A stretch of 64,000 bases of DNA, taken from an uncultured Gemmatimonadales bacterium (GTDB taxonomy: Bacteria > Gemmatimonadota > Gemmatimonadetes > Gemmatimonadales > GWC2-71-9). A program made the position numbers and the translations under genes. The first letter of the stretch is position 1. Each line of letters begins with the position of its first letter. Where the stretch lies: NCBI GenBank assembly GCA_963842945.1, contig CAWJIM010000003.1, positions 64,001 to 128,000 of the forward strand, given 5' to 3'. Positions 19,282 through 29,938 of the stretch are shown here, piece by piece. Under the pieces are notes generated by a model. That model had not been told where the DNA came from, made no database searches, and saw nothing but the letters and a program-made list of their open reading frames with translations.

Positions 19282-21819
19282 CCGAACTGGCCTTTCTCTT
19301 TCGCATGGCAGGCCGGGAGCTGAGAGCAGCCCGTGGGCGGGCCGCGTTGCTGGTTGGGACCGTTGCCGTTGGCGTCTCTGCGCTGGTGGCGATCGCTTCC
19401 TTCACCGAGAACCTGCGGAACTCGGTTGACCAGCAGGCGCGCACCCTGCTCGGCGCCGACCTCGCGTTCTCCAGCCGACAGCCATTTTCTCGCCGGGCTG
19501 AAGCCGCGCTGGACACCCTCGGCCGGCAGGGCGCCGAGCTGGCGCGGCTCACCAGTTTCGCCGCGATGGCCTATGCGCCGAAGGGAAAGAGCACCCGATT
19601 GGTGCAGGTCGCTGCTGTCTCAGGCAACTATCCGTTTTACGGTGAGATCGCGACCCAACCTTCGGCGGCGTGGCGCGCGCTGCAGACGGGACGGAACGTC
19701 ATCGTTGACCCGTCCTTGTTGCCGGCACTGGAGACCGAAGTGGGCGACACGCTGGCGCTGGGTGAAGCCCGCTTTCTGATCAGCGGCACCATTCGCAGTG
19801 CTCCCAATCAGGTCGGATTTCCGCTTCGCGCTCGGGCCGCGAATCTATATCCCGGCAGCGTCCCTCCAGGCGACCGCCCTGTTGGGGTTTGGCGCCCGGG
19901 TTCAATACGAGGTCTACGCCAAGCTTCCGCGGGGCATCTCGGCCCAGGCGTGGGCCAGCCACCACCGATCGCAGCTTACCGCCGAGCGAGTGCGGGTACG
20001 CACCGTGGCAGAGGACCAGCGCAACCTCGACGAGGTGCTCTCCCGGCTGGCCGGCTATCTCGGACTGGTGGCTCTGATGGCCTTGCTGCTGGCCGGTATT
20101 GGAGCGGCCAGTGCCGCAGTGGTCCAGGTTCGGCAGCGCACTGAATCCATTGCTGTACTCAGGTGCCTGGGCGCCACCGGCGGACGGGTGTTCCGGCTCT
20201 ACCTGCTCGAATCGGCGCTCATGGGTTTGGCTGGGAGCCTGCTGGGGACGCTGATGGGCATTGCTCTACAACAGCTCCTTCCCCGGCTGCTCGGAAGCCT
20301 GCTGCCGGTTGAGGTGGTGCCTGGCATTTCCTGGAATGCCATTGCTCTCGGGATCGGGGTTGGCTTCTGGATCACCTTGATCTTCACCAGCTTTCCTCTC
20401 CTCGCTGTGCGAGCCATTTCACCGCTCAGGGCGCTGCGCCGGGCGTATGAGGGTGAGCGTCCCGTCCATGACCTGTGGTGGGGCGTGGCGACCGTGGCGC
20501 TGGCCGGAAGCATCCTCCTGCTCGCCGTCCATCAAGTCGGCAGCTGGCGACAGGGAGTCATCTTTGCCGGAGGCGCCGGACTCACCCTTCTGGTGCTGTG
20601 GGCCTCCGCCTGGGGTCTTACCCATACCCTGCGGCGCCGTTTCCCTCAGGGAATGCCGTATGTCTGGCGGCAGGGACTGGCGAACCTGTACCGGCCTGCC
20701 AATCAGACCACGATCCTGATTCTGGGTATCGGGTTTGGAGCGTTCCTGTTGGGGACTCTCTATCTGACGCAGCACAACCTGCTGCAGCAGCTGAGGACAA
20801 CCGGAGGGTCGGGGCGCCCCAATCTGGTGCTCTTCGACATCCAGCCCGATCAAATGACGACGGTGCGTCAGGAGCTGCAGAGAGCGGGACTTCCGCTCTT
20901 CGGACCAACCTCGATCGTGCCGATGCGGATAGCCGCGATCAACGGCCGCCCGATCACTACCCTGCTCAACCGCCGGGCGAATGATGAAGAGCCGGAGGAT
21001 GCCTGGGCCCTCCGTCGCGAGTACCGCTCGACCTATCGCGACACCCTGGTAGCCTCTGAACGGGTGGTCGAGGGAACCTGGCAGCGCGCCAGGTCGGGAC
21101 CTCCCGCGGGCATATCGGTGGAGCAGGATCTCGCCCGGGAGCTGGGAGTTGGAATCGGCGATCAGATCATCTGGGATGTGCAGGGAGTCTCACTTCCCTC
21201 CCGGATCACCAGCTTACGTGCGGTGGATTGGGCCCGGTTCGAGCCCAACTTTTTTGTGGTGTTCGCCCCGGGAGCGCTGGAACGAGCACCTCAGACACTG
21301 GTGGCGCTTACCCGGATCCCTGAGCCCCTGGCGCTAGGCCAGTTCCAGCGACGAATTGCTGAGCGGCTACCCAACGTCTCGACCCTGGATCTGTCGGTAC
21401 TGCAGGAGGCCCTGGAGCGTCTGGTCGAACGCGTGGCGTTGGCCATCAGGTTCATGGCTCTCTTCAGCGTCGCGGTGGGCGTGCTGGTCCTGGTCGGCGC
21501 GTTGGCCACCAGCCGGTTCCAGCGCATCCGGGAGGCCGCCCTGCTCCGAACTCTGGGAGCAACGCGGTCGCAGATTTTTGGCGTGGTGCTGGCCGAATAT
21601 CTCTCGCTCGGGCTCCTTGCCACCGTGGTGGCGCTGGTGCTCGCCGGACTGGCCGCCTGGGCGCTTGCGCGCTTCGTCTTCGAGGGTAGCTTCACGATCC
21701 CAGTCCCAGCGATGAGCGCATTGGCTGCGGGCATCGTGGCACTCACCGTGGCAGTGGGCCTGGCCAACAGCCTCGACGTCGTTCGCCGCACTCCGCTCGA
21801 AATCTTGCGCGAGGAATAG
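19278..21819 (+). CDS. ybbP: ABC transporter permease (YbbP-like), frameshift near 19820
   Basis: Two FtsX-like halves (LRCLGA, LRTLGA), PNLVLFDIQP, SLRAVDW..FEPNF. Confidence 0.85.
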
Positions 21820-21841
21820 AACAGCTCCCCGAGGATTCCCC

Positions 21842-22741
21842 ATGCTGGCAATCGACCTGACCGGTAAGCGCGCGCTGATCGCGGGAGTCTCCGACGATGG
21901 CGGCTTTGGTTTTGCCATCGCCAAGGCATTGGCCGAAGCCGGGGCGAGTATTTGCGTGGGAAGCTGGCCTCCTGCCCTGGGCATCTTCACCAAGATGCTG
22001 GAGCGCGGGAAGATGGAGGAATCGATGCGGCTGGCCGGCGGCCGGAAGCTCGAGTTCGAGCGGATCTTTCCGCTGGACGCCGCCTACGACAGCCTGGCCG
22101 ATGCGCCCCCGGAGATCAGGGAAAACAAGCGTTACAAGGACGTGGGTGATTTCAGCATTCAGGGAATGACCGAGCGAATCCGGCAGGACTTCGGCGACCC
22201 TGCCCTGGACATCGTGGTCCACAGCCTGGCCAATGCGCCGGAAGTGAAGTCTCCGCTGGTCGACACCAGCCGACAGGGATACCTCTCCGCCCTCAGCGTC
22301 AGCGCATACAGCAACATTTCGCTGGTGAAGCACCTCTCACCGGTGATGCGCAGCGGCGGGTCCTTTCTTTCCCTGACTTATATGGCGGGTGAGCGGGTGA
22401 TCCCGGGCTACGGCGGGGGAATGTCGTCAGCCAAGGCAGCTCTGGAAGCCGACACCAGAACCCTGGCCTTCGAGGGTGGTCGCCGCTGGGGCGTGCGGGT
22501 AAATGCGATCTCTGCCGGACCGTGGGCGTCTCGGGCCGCCAGCGCGATTGGATTCATCGACACCATGATTCGCTACACCGCCAGCAACTCTCCCCTGCCC
22601 CGGCCCATCGACGCGGCCGATGTGGGAGCCACAGCGGCATTCCTTTCCAGCCCGCTGGCCCGCGCCATCACCGGAAGCGTGGTGTACGTGGACAACGGCT
22701 TCCATGCCATGGGCATGGCCGTGGTTGACGGAGAGAAGTAG
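21842..22741 (+). CDS. fabI: Enoyl-ACP reductase (plant/Chlamydia-type FabI)
   Basis: AGVSDDGGFGFAIAK, HSLANAPEV, YGGGMSSAKAALE, SRAASAIGFI. Confidence 0.92.
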   Translation: MLAIDLTGKRALIAGVSDDGGFGFAIAKALAEAGASICVGSWPPALGIFTKMLERGKMEESMRLAGGRKLEFERIFPLDAAYDSLADAPPEIRENKRYKDVGDFSIQGMTERIRQDFGDPALDIVVHSLANAPEVKSPLVDTSRQGYLSALSVSAYSNISLVKHLSPVMRSGGSFLSLTYMAGERVIPGYGGGMSSAKAALEADTRTLAFEGGRRWGVRVNAISAGPWASRAASAIGFIDTMIRYTASNSPLPRPIDAADVGATAAFLSSPLARAITGSVVYVDNGFHAMGMAVVDGEK

Positions 22742-22744
22742 CCG

Positions 22745-23171
22745 CTAGCGCCCCCGGGCCACCGCCTCGATCAGCTGAGCCAGAACGGTAAGATCGAACG
22801 GCTTCTCGATCAGCGGGCGTGGGGTCCGGGAAATGAAGTTGCTCCAGGCTGGAGAGGCCAGATCGCCGGTAGTAATGATCAGGCACCCGAACAGATCTGG
22901 CCGGTGCTCAGCCAGCCAGTCGTGCAGCTCGACGCCGGAGCAGTTCGGCATTCTGAGGTCGGACACCACGATCTGATACCCGTGCGGGCCGCTACGCCGG
23001 ATCTTACCCAGCGCCACCCTGCCGTCTTCGGCTTCTTCCGCCTCCCACCCCCGCCGCCGGAGATAGCGAGTCAACGCGCTACGGATGGTGGGCTCATCGT
23101 CTACGACGAGCGCACGCCGCTTCAGCCCGGCAACGGAGATAGTGCGCGAGATGAGAATCAGCTTGGGGCAC
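22745..23171 (-). CDS. Single-domain response regulator (start uncertain)
   Basis: RALVVDDEPTIR, VVSDLRMP, ITTG, EKPF; no in-frame start upstream of the receiver, so probably an indel. Confidence 0.75.
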
Positions 23172-23309
23172 TGCTGTCGGATGAAGCCGAGGCGGGGTGG
23201 ACCGGCCAGGGGAGCCGCGGGTGTGAGCTCAGGCTTCTTCGTATAATACTAGCCTGATTTTGCCCGCCGGGCACGAGCCCGCAAGGCCACCCCCACCAGC
23301 GAGCCCACC

Positions 23310-24095
23310 GTGATCGAACTGTCGTCTGAATTCGATGGATCAATCCATCGACTGATACTCAACCGCCCGGCACGCCGAAACGCCCTCACTCCCGATTTGG
23401 CTCGAGCCCTGGCCCAGGAGATCGAGCAGATCGAGGAGGCCGGTGAAGCCCGGGTCATTCTGCTTTCGGGCGCGGGCGGCCACTTCTGCGCCGGCCTCGA
23501 CCTCCGTTGGCTGGATTCTCTGGGCTCCGCGCCGAGAATCGCGGACCTTCAGCATGGGCTGAGCGACTTTCAATCCGCCATCATTGCGGTCGTGCGCTCC
23601 CCCATTCCGGTGCTGGCTGTGGTCCAGGGAACCGTGGCCGGGTTCGGATTCGATCTCGCCCTTGCCTGCGACATGCGCCTTGCCGGAAGCAGCGCCACGT
23701 TCACCTCGGCCTTCGCCCGGATGGGACTGGTACCCGACGGAGGCTCGACCTTCACCCTTCCCCGTCTGGTCGGGGTGGGACGCGCGCTGCGACTCCTGAT
23801 GACCGATCAGTCGATCGACGCTCAGGCGGCTCTGTCGATCGGGCTGGTGGAAGAAGTCTTCGACGATCGCGAGCTCGACGCCGGCGTCGCCCGGGTTACC
23901 GGGGCCCTTATCTCCGGCGCGCACTCGAGCGTCCGAGCCATCAAACGACTCTCGCGGGCCCAGGAGGTTGGCGCGCTGGAGCAGGCGCTCTCCACCGAAG
24001 GCGCGGCACAGTTGCAGGCCCTGCAGAGCGCCGAGTTCCGGACCCGCCTCCAGGCATTCACCGCCAAGGCCACGGCCAAACGAGCGGGATCGTGA
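23310..24095 (+). CDS. Enoyl-CoA hydratase/isomerase (crotonase family)
   Basis: LNRPARRNAL, FCAGLDL, LALACD, FARMGLVPDGG. Confidence 0.9.
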   Translation: MIELSSEFDGSIHRLILNRPARRNALTPDLARALAQEIEQIEEAGEARVILLSGAGGHFCAGLDLRWLDSLGSAPRIADLQHGLSDFQSAIIAVVRSPIPVLAVVQGTVAGFGFDLALACDMRLAGSSATFTSAFARMGLVPDGGSTFTLPRLVGVGRALRLLMTDQSIDAQAALSIGLVEEVFDDRELDAGVARVTGALISGAHSSVRAIKRLSRAQEVGALEQALSTEGAAQLQALQSAEFRTRLQAFTAKATAKRAGS

Positions 24096-24952
24096 GCCCG
24101 CGGTCCGGAATCTTTCAGCCCGATATGCTCGCCGGGAAAGTGGCCCTGGTCACTGGCGGCGGTACCGGAATCGGTCTGGGGATCGCGGCCGCGCTGGTGT
24201 CGGCCGGCGCCGACGTGGCCATTGCGAGCCGCAAGCCGGAGCACCTGGAACCCGCGGCCGAGCGATTGCGCGCCTCCGGCGCCAAGGTGACCGCTGTTGA
24301 AGCCAATGTGCGCGAGCCTGAGGCGGTGGCACGCATGGTCGAGCGGGTGTCGCAGCAGCACGGGAGACTGGACATTCTGGTCAACAATGCCGCGGGGAAC
24401 TTCTATGCCCCCAGCGCTACGCTGTCTCCCAACGGCTGGCGGGCGGTAGTGGAGACCGACCTCTACGGGACGTTCTACTGCTGTCAGGCGGTCTACCCGC
24501 TGATGAAAGCGCAGGGAGGTGGTCGGATCGTTTCCATCTCCATGACCCTCCACTACCGGGGCTGGCCCCTGATGGCCCATGCCACCGCGGCCAAGGCCGG
24601 CGTGGACGCGCTGACCCGAACCCTGGCTCTGGAGTGGGCCCGCGACCGGATCACGGTGAACGCCGTGGCCCCGGGCCCTATTCCGACCGAAGGCGTGAAA
24701 AAAGCTTTCACTCCGCCGGGAGCGGAGGCGCCCGATCTGTTCGGGATGGAGCAGTATGCCAGCAAGACGATTCCGCTGGGGCGCTGGGGCACCCCGGAGG
24801 ATATCGGCCAGATGGTCACCTACCTCGCCAGTCCCGCGGGTGACTGGATCACCGGCGCGATTATGGTAGTGGATGGTGGGGCTTGGCTGGGCGGCGGGGC
24901 AGCAGGGGCGATGGACAGCGGGGAAGCGGGGCAGCGGGGCGGGCGCGGCTAA
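24092..24952 (+). CDS. SDR family 2,4-dienoyl-CoA reductase-like
   Basis: TGGGTGIG, NNAAGNF, LSPNGWRAVV, HATAAKAGV, APGPI. Confidence 0.85.
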   Translation: MSPRSGIFQPDMLAGKVALVTGGGTGIGLGIAAALVSAGADVAIASRKPEHLEPAAERLRASGAKVTAVEANVREPEAVARMVERVSQQHGRLDILVNNAAGNFYAPSATLSPNGWRAVVETDLYGTFYCCQAVYPLMKAQGGGRIVSISMTLHYRGWPLMAHATAAKAGVDALTRTLALEWARDRITVNAVAPGPIPTEGVKKAFTPPGAEAPDLFGMEQYASKTIPLGRWGTPEDIGQMVTYLASPAGDWITGAIMVVDGGAWLGGGAAGAMDSGEAGQRGGRG

Positions 24953-25054
24953 TCAGGCCTGGCCCCGTACAAACGATTTCAACTCATATCTTGAAGGTAT
25001 GAACGGTATTCTGAGCTTTGCTGCCATGCTGCCCCGCTGCCTCGCTGCCCCGCC
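24889..25054. repeat. 8-bp-unit palindromic repeat with AT-rich spacer
   Basis: G-rich arm 24889-24948; C-rich arm ctgccatgctgccccgctgcctcgctgccccgcc at 25021-25054. Confidence 0.65.
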
Positions 25055-25759
25055 GTGTTCCTAGGCCACTACGGGCTCGCGCTTGCGTTGAAACGCGCCG
25101 AGCCAAAGCTGTCCCTGGGTACGCTATTCCTGGCGGTGCAGCTGTGCGACCTGCTCTGGGGAGCGTTCCTCCTGCTGGGTTGGGAGCACGTGAGGATCGT
25201 GACTGACGGTTCCTCCCCCATCCCGTTCGAGTTCTACGATTATCCCATCTCGCACAGTCTGGTGGGCACCATGGTATGGAGTGTGGTGGCCGCTGCGTTG
25301 TATTACTCCTGGCCCACCCGCGACACCACCCGGCATTGGCAGGCGGCTGCCATGGTCGGCTTGGCAGTCTTCTCCCACTTCCTGCTCGACGTCCTGGTTC
25401 ACCTGCCTGATCTTCCACTATCGGGCAACGATTCTCTCAAGCTGGGTTTGGGGCTCTGGAATCACCCGCTCGCCGCAAGGGTGATGGAACTGGTGTTTCT
25501 CGGCCTCGGTCTTACCCTCTACGTGGCTCTTCGCTCCCACCGTCATCCGGTGCGCCCGGTCAGACTATCCATCCTCGTGCTGGTGCTGGTGGGAACCTAT
25601 CTGGCGAGCGAATACGGACCGCCGCCGCCCAACGTCACCATCGTTGCCGTCAGCGACATCCTGTTTCTGCTGGCTGTGGCTGCTCTGGCCGCCTGGGCCG
25701 ACCGGCGGCCCACACCGGCGGAGCTGGAGCACCGGCGAACGGCGGCCCGGGCGGGCTGA
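25055..25759 (+). CDS. Membrane-bound metal-dependent hydrolase-like protein
   Basis: MFLGHYG, QLCDLLW, YPISHSL, SHFLLDVLVH. Confidence 0.7.
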   Translation: MFLGHYGLALALKRAEPKLSLGTLFLAVQLCDLLWGAFLLLGWEHVRIVTDGSSPIPFEFYDYPISHSLVGTMVWSVVAAALYYSWPTRDTTRHWQAAAMVGLAVFSHFLLDVLVHLPDLPLSGNDSLKLGLGLWNHPLAARVMELVFLGLGLTLYVALRSHRHPVRPVRLSILVLVLVGTYLASEYGPPPPNVTIVAVSDILFLLAVAALAAWADRRPTPAELEHRRTAARAG

Positions 25760-26124
25760 TGGAGCGCGTCTTCTTCAGTTTGGGTGCGGTGTCTGCCATG
25801 CTCTCTGTAGCGGCCGGCGCCTTCGGCGCCCACGCTCTCCGGAGCCGGCTCGGTCCCGACAGCCTGGCCGTCTTCGAGACCGCCGCGCGATATCAGATGT
25901 TTCATGCGCTGGGATTGTTCGCCGCGGCCTGGGCGGCAAGCCGCTGGCCGGGTGCCTGGCCCAATCGAGCGGGATGGCTCTTCGTGGTGGGGACGGTACT
26001 GTTTTCGGGAAGTCTCTATGCTCTCGCGCTCACCGGTATCCGGTGGCTCGGTGCGATAACGCCCCTTGGCGGGGTGGCCTTTCTGCTGGGCTGGCTGAGT
26101 CTGGCCTTATCGCCCCGCAGCTAG
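25759..26124 (+). CDS. DUF423 (YgdD/TMEM256) membrane protein
   Basis: GAFGAHAL, YQMFHAL, FSGSLY, ITPLGG. Confidence 0.9.
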   Translation: MERVFFSLGAVSAMLSVAAGAFGAHALRSRLGPDSLAVFETAARYQMFHALGLFAAAWAASRWPGAWPNRAGWLFVVGTVLFSGSLYALALTGIRWLGAITPLGGVAFLLGWLSLALSPRS

Positions 26125-26148
26125 CTCCCGCTCTCCCAGCTCCTCTTC

Positions 26149-26952
26149 TCACGCATCCTCCTTGGACCAGCGGAAGAAGAGGATGGCAATGGCACCGAAG
26201 ATCCACAGGTTTCCCGGAATCCACATCAGCAATCCGCCCAGCCGCTGATCGTCCAGCGGCGACAACCCCCACGTTCTCGGCGCTGCGACGTACCAGGGGT
26301 AGAGCACGTTATCGGCAAAGGTGATGAACGCGCCAACCACCTGCATCGGAAGACAGATCAGAAACAGGTACAGAATCCCCGCCAGCGGGGACAATCGTGG
26401 GAGCTCGGGGATGGAGCTCATCACCGGCCACCACATGATGGTCGCCGTCACCATGAACATGAGGTGGGTGCCGATGTGCACCTCGTGGCTTCGCATCATC
26501 AGGTCGTACAATGGCTGCAGATGCCAGACCAGAATGGACGCGCTGAAGAGCAGCGCCGCCACCCAGGGGCGGCTCAGAGTTCGGGCCAGAGGATACACGC
26601 CGGGGCGCAACGCGATCGGGCGGATCAGCCATCCGGGAATTCCATAGAGCAGCAGGGGCGGAAATATCAGGGTAAGGACCAGGTGCTGCACCATATGGAT
26701 GGAGAACAGGTAGTAGTCGCTGAGATCGTGTACCGGTCCGTTCAGGGAAACCAGCAGCAGAACCAGCGCGGTGCAGAACGAGAGGATCTGGGCAGGTGAA
26801 GCCGGTGGTCCCCAGCCGTACCGGCGGCGGAGAGGGCCAATCCCATAAAAATACAAGGCACCGAGAAGGCCGGTGCCGATGAGGACGCTGGGATGAAGCG
26901 ACCAGCTCGGGTCGAAGGGGCCGGTCGGTCGAGGTCGATCGTCGACGATCAC
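26149..26952 (-). CDS. ctaG: Cytochrome c oxidase caa3 assembly factor
   Basis: LFSIHMVQHL, WHL, DQRLGGLLMWIPG; last gene of the oxidase operon. Confidence 0.85.
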   Translation of the reverse strand: MIVDDRPRPTGPFDPSWSLHPSVLIGTGLLGALYFYGIGPLRRRYGWGPPASPAQILSFCTALVLLLVSLNGPVHDLSDYYLFSIHMVQHLVLTLIFPPLLLYGIPGWLIRPIALRPGVYPLARTLSRPWVAALLFSASILVWHLQPLYDLMMRSHEVHIGTHLMFMVTATIMWWPVMSSIPELPRLSPLAGILYLFLICLPMQVVGAFITFADNVLYPWYVAAPRTWGLSPLDDQRLGGLLMWIPGNLWIFGAIAILFFRWSKEDA

Positions 26953-27308
26953 CCTGTCCGGGAAAACCACATGTGGTAGGCCATGAGGAGCATGAGTCCT
27001 ACGATGATCACAGCGGCGATGGTCAGGGGAAACACAAAGATCCCGGTGAACAGTTTGCTGTCCTGCTTGAGGTGCATGTAAAACATGGCCACCAGGGCAA
27101 ACTTGGCAGCCGACATCAGAAGCAGCAGGGGAACGAAGAACGGCTGGATGGCGGAGGCGGTTGGGCCGGCGTGCTCGCCGTAGGTGATCTCATAGAGCCC
27201 CACCTCGAGCGCGGTGAGCACGAAGAGGATCAGCCCGACCTTGGCATACACCGCTGCCCGGGGGTGCGCATGTTCTTCCTGGTGCGGGGTCGTAGCGTGG
27301 GCTTCCAT
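26949..27308 (-). CDS. ctaF: Cytochrome c oxidase subunit IV
   Basis: LTALEV, KFALVAMFYMHLK. Confidence 0.8.
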   Translation of the reverse strand: MEAHATTPHQEEHAHPRAAVYAKVGLILFVLTALEVGLYEITYGEHAGPTASAIQPFFVPLLLLMSAAKFALVAMFYMHLKQDSKLFTGIFVFPLTIAAVIIVGLMLLMAYHMWFSRTG

Positions 27309-27316
27309 AGTGCGCC

Positions 27317-27955
27317 TTACTTGATGAGGTAGACCACGGGAAAGATGACGATCCAGACCACGTCCACGAAATGCCAGTACAGCGCCGCCATCTCGAGATT
27401 CAGCGACTTCGAGGGCGGAATTTTTCCCCTGAGACCAAGGATCCAGAGCGTCAGCAGCCAGATGACCCCGATGGTCACGTGGGTGCCGTGGAATCCGGTC
27501 AGCGTGTAGAAGCTCGCGCCGAACAGGTTGGTCTTGAGGGTGAGCCCCTCGTGCACAAAGTGGGTGAACTCGTATACCTGCATTCCCACGAAGAAGATGC
27601 CGCAGAAAATGGTGGCCCCGAGCCACCCGACCAGCGCCTTCCGGCTGCCCCGTTGCGCGCCACTCAGGGCCAGTACCACGAAGAGCGAGCTGAACAACAG
27701 CAGCGCGGTACCCAGGGTGACCAGCGGAATCTCGAGAATCGGCTTGAAGTGCTCGCCCGACGGCGAGGTCCACGGCTCGTGGGGGAAGGGGCCGACCAGG
27801 CTGCGGCCCTTCTGCACCAGGTAGTTGGAGATCAGGCTGGCAAAGAACATGCATTCGGACCCGATAAAGGTCCAAATGGCCAGCTTGCGGCTGTCCAACC
27901 CGGTTGCGGTGGCGTGCTCGAGCCCATGGGGAACGTCGTGCGCGACTGCGGTCAC
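27317..27955 (-). CDS. ctaE: Cytochrome c oxidase subunit III
   Basis: FIGSECMFF, TGFHGTHV, YWHFVDVVW. Confidence 0.92.
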   Translation of the reverse strand: MTAVAHDVPHGLEHATATGLDSRKLAIWTFIGSECMFFASLISNYLVQKGRSLVGPFPHEPWTSPSGEHFKPILEIPLVTLGTALLLFSSLFVVLALSGAQRGSRKALVGWLGATIFCGIFFVGMQVYEFTHFVHEGLTLKTNLFGASFYTLTGFHGTHVTIGVIWLLTLWILGLRGKIPPSKSLNLEMAALYWHFVDVVWIVIFPVVYLIK

Positions 27956-27974
27956 GATTACTCCTACTAAAAAA

Positions 27975-28051
27975 CGTGAACAGTAAACAGTGAACAGTGA
28001 CCCGGTGGCGAAGGGATGTTCCCGTTCACCGTTAACCGTTCACTGTTTACG
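27975..28051. repeat. 7-bp-unit (GTGAACA/GTAAACG) palindromic repeat, copy 1
   Basis: cgtgaacagtaaacagtgaacagtga ... gttcccgttcaccgttaaccgttcactgtttacg. Confidence 0.8.
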
Positions 28052-28055
28052 GGTG

Positions 28056-29906
28056 TCATCCGGCGGGCTCGAAGGCCCATCGATACACCCCGAAGAACAG
28101 GAGCGCCACCGAAACCACCACCAGCCAGGCCCCGGCCTTGTCGTGTCCCAGCGCCATCAGCGACGCAAAGACTGCAGTCACGCCGACGGCGCTGACGAGA
28201 GGCCAGTACGAGGGATTGGGAAGGTGGATCCCGGCGCCGCTCACCGGGGCCGGCTCCGGAAGAGCCGTTCTGCCCTGCTCTCGCTTGGCCTCCCACAAGG
28301 CATCGCGCCCGTGCACCACCGGGATCTCAGCGAAGTTCCACTCCTGGGGTGGAGACGAGATCGACCACTCCAATGTCGCTCCGTTCCAGGGATCGGCCGG
28401 AGCGTTCCTCGGCTTGCGCCAGGTCTGAATGATGTTGATCAGGAAGACGCCGAGGGCCAGCGCTAACACAAAGGAACCGGCCGTCTCGATCTGATTGAGG
28501 GTCTCGAAGCCCAGACCTGCGGGATAGGTGTACACCCGCCGGGGCATGCCGTTGAGCCCGACGAAGTGCATCGGGAAGAAGGTCAGATTGAAGCCGATCA
28601 GCATCAGCCAGAAGTGCAGCTTGCCCAGCCGCTCGTCGAGCATTCGGCCGAACATCTTGGGCCACCAATAGTAACCGCCGGCGGTGAGGCCAAAGATGCT
28701 GCCGCCGAACAGTACATAGTGGAAGTGGGCCACGATAAAGTAGGTATCGGTCTGCTGCAGGTCGGCCGGGGGAGACGCGTGCATAACGCCGGAGAGCCCG
28801 CCGATGATGAACATGGCGATGAAGCCCACGGCAAAGAGCATCGGGGTGCGAAACTGGAGCGAGCCGCCCCACATGGTGCCGATCCAGTTGAAGATCTTCA
28901 CCCCGGTGGGCACCGCGATCAGCATGGTGGTCAGCGAGAAGAACGTGTCCGCGATCGGGCCCATGGCGGTGGAGAACATGTGGTGGCTCCACACACCGAA
29001 TCCGAGGAAGGCGATGAAGACACCGGAGAACACCATGGCGGCATAGCCGAACAGCGGCTTGCGGGAGAACACCGGCAGCACCTCGGAGACGATACCGAAG
29101 GCCGGCAGGATCAAGATGTAGACCTCGGGATGCCCGAAGATCCAGAAAAGATGCTGCCACAGAATCGGATCACCGCCGCCGGACGGCACGAAAAAGTGGG
29201 TGCCGAAGAAGCGGTCGAACATCAGCAGAATGAGCGCCACCGTGATGACCGGGAAGGCCAGCAGCAGCAGCACCTGGGTAATGAAGCTCATCCAGACGAA
29301 CATCGGCATCCGCATCAGCTTCATGCCGGGAGCGCGCAGGTTGATGACGGTGACGAAGAAGTTGACCGCAGCGGCCAGCGACGCGATGCCCAGGATCTGA
29401 AGTCCCAGCATCCAGAAGTCCACGTTCATGCCCGGCGAGTACTGCCGCGAGGTCAGGTTGGCGTAGCCAAACCAGCCCTGGTCGGGCGCCGCGTTGAAGA
29501 GCCAGCTGACGTTGAGGAACAGCCCGCCCAGGAGGAACACCCAGTAGCTGAAAGCATTCAGCCGGGGGAAGGCCACGTCCCGGGCCCCGATCTGCAGCGG
29601 GATCATGTAATTGAAGAACATGGCCGACAACGGCATGATCGCGAGGAAGATCATGGTCGTGCCATGCATGGTGAACAGCTCGTTGTACCGCTCGGGCGAC
29701 AGGAAGGTGTTGTCCGGACTGCCCAGCTGGACCCGAAGCAACAGCGCCTCGACTCCGCCCAGCAGAAAGAACAGGAAGGCCGTGGCGCCGTACAGGATCC
29801 CGATCCGCTTGTGATCGACGGTGGTGATCCAGCTCCAGAGTCCGGTTTTCTCTCCGTGACTTGCCGCGGCGTGTACCTGATGCTGATCTAGAACCCTGGT
29901 TGCCAT
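28056..29906 (-). CDS. ctaD: Cytochrome c oxidase subunit I (type A1)
   Basis: DHKRIG, HGTTM, FGHPEVY, WSHHM, AHFHY, GMPRR. Confidence 0.97.
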   Translation of the reverse strand: MATRVLDQHQVHAAASHGEKTGLWSWITTVDHKRIGILYGATAFLFFLLGGVEALLLRVQLGSPDNTFLSPERYNELFTMHGTTMIFLAIMPLSAMFFNYMIPLQIGARDVAFPRLNAFSYWVFLLGGLFLNVSWLFNAAPDQGWFGYANLTSRQYSPGMNVDFWMLGLQILGIASLAAAVNFFVTVINLRAPGMKLMRMPMFVWMSFITQVLLLLAFPVITVALILLMFDRFFGTHFFVPSGGGDPILWQHLFWIFGHPEVYILILPAFGIVSEVLPVFSRKPLFGYAAMVFSGVFIAFLGFGVWSHHMFSTAMGPIADTFFSLTTMLIAVPTGVKIFNWIGTMWGGSLQFRTPMLFAVGFIAMFIIGGLSGVMHASPPADLQQTDTYFIVAHFHYVLFGGSIFGLTAGGYYWWPKMFGRMLDERLGKLHFWLMLIGFNLTFFPMHFVGLNGMPRRVYTYPAGLGFETLNQIETAGSFVLALALGVFLINIIQTWRKPRNAPADPWNGATLEWSISSPPQEWNFAEIPVVHGRDALWEAKREQGRTALPEPAPVSGAGIHLPNPSYWPLVSAVGVTAVFASLMALGHDKAGAWLVVVSVALLFFGVYRWAFEPAG

Positions 29907-29938
29907 ACGAACCTTGTCATCAATGTGGTCAGATGGAT

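Noticed and set aside
27975..28051. CRISPR array or LexA boxes from the GTTC-rich repeats
   Set aside because: Units are 7 bp with no spacers and no cas genes; the period is 7, not the 11 of GTTC-N7-GTTC
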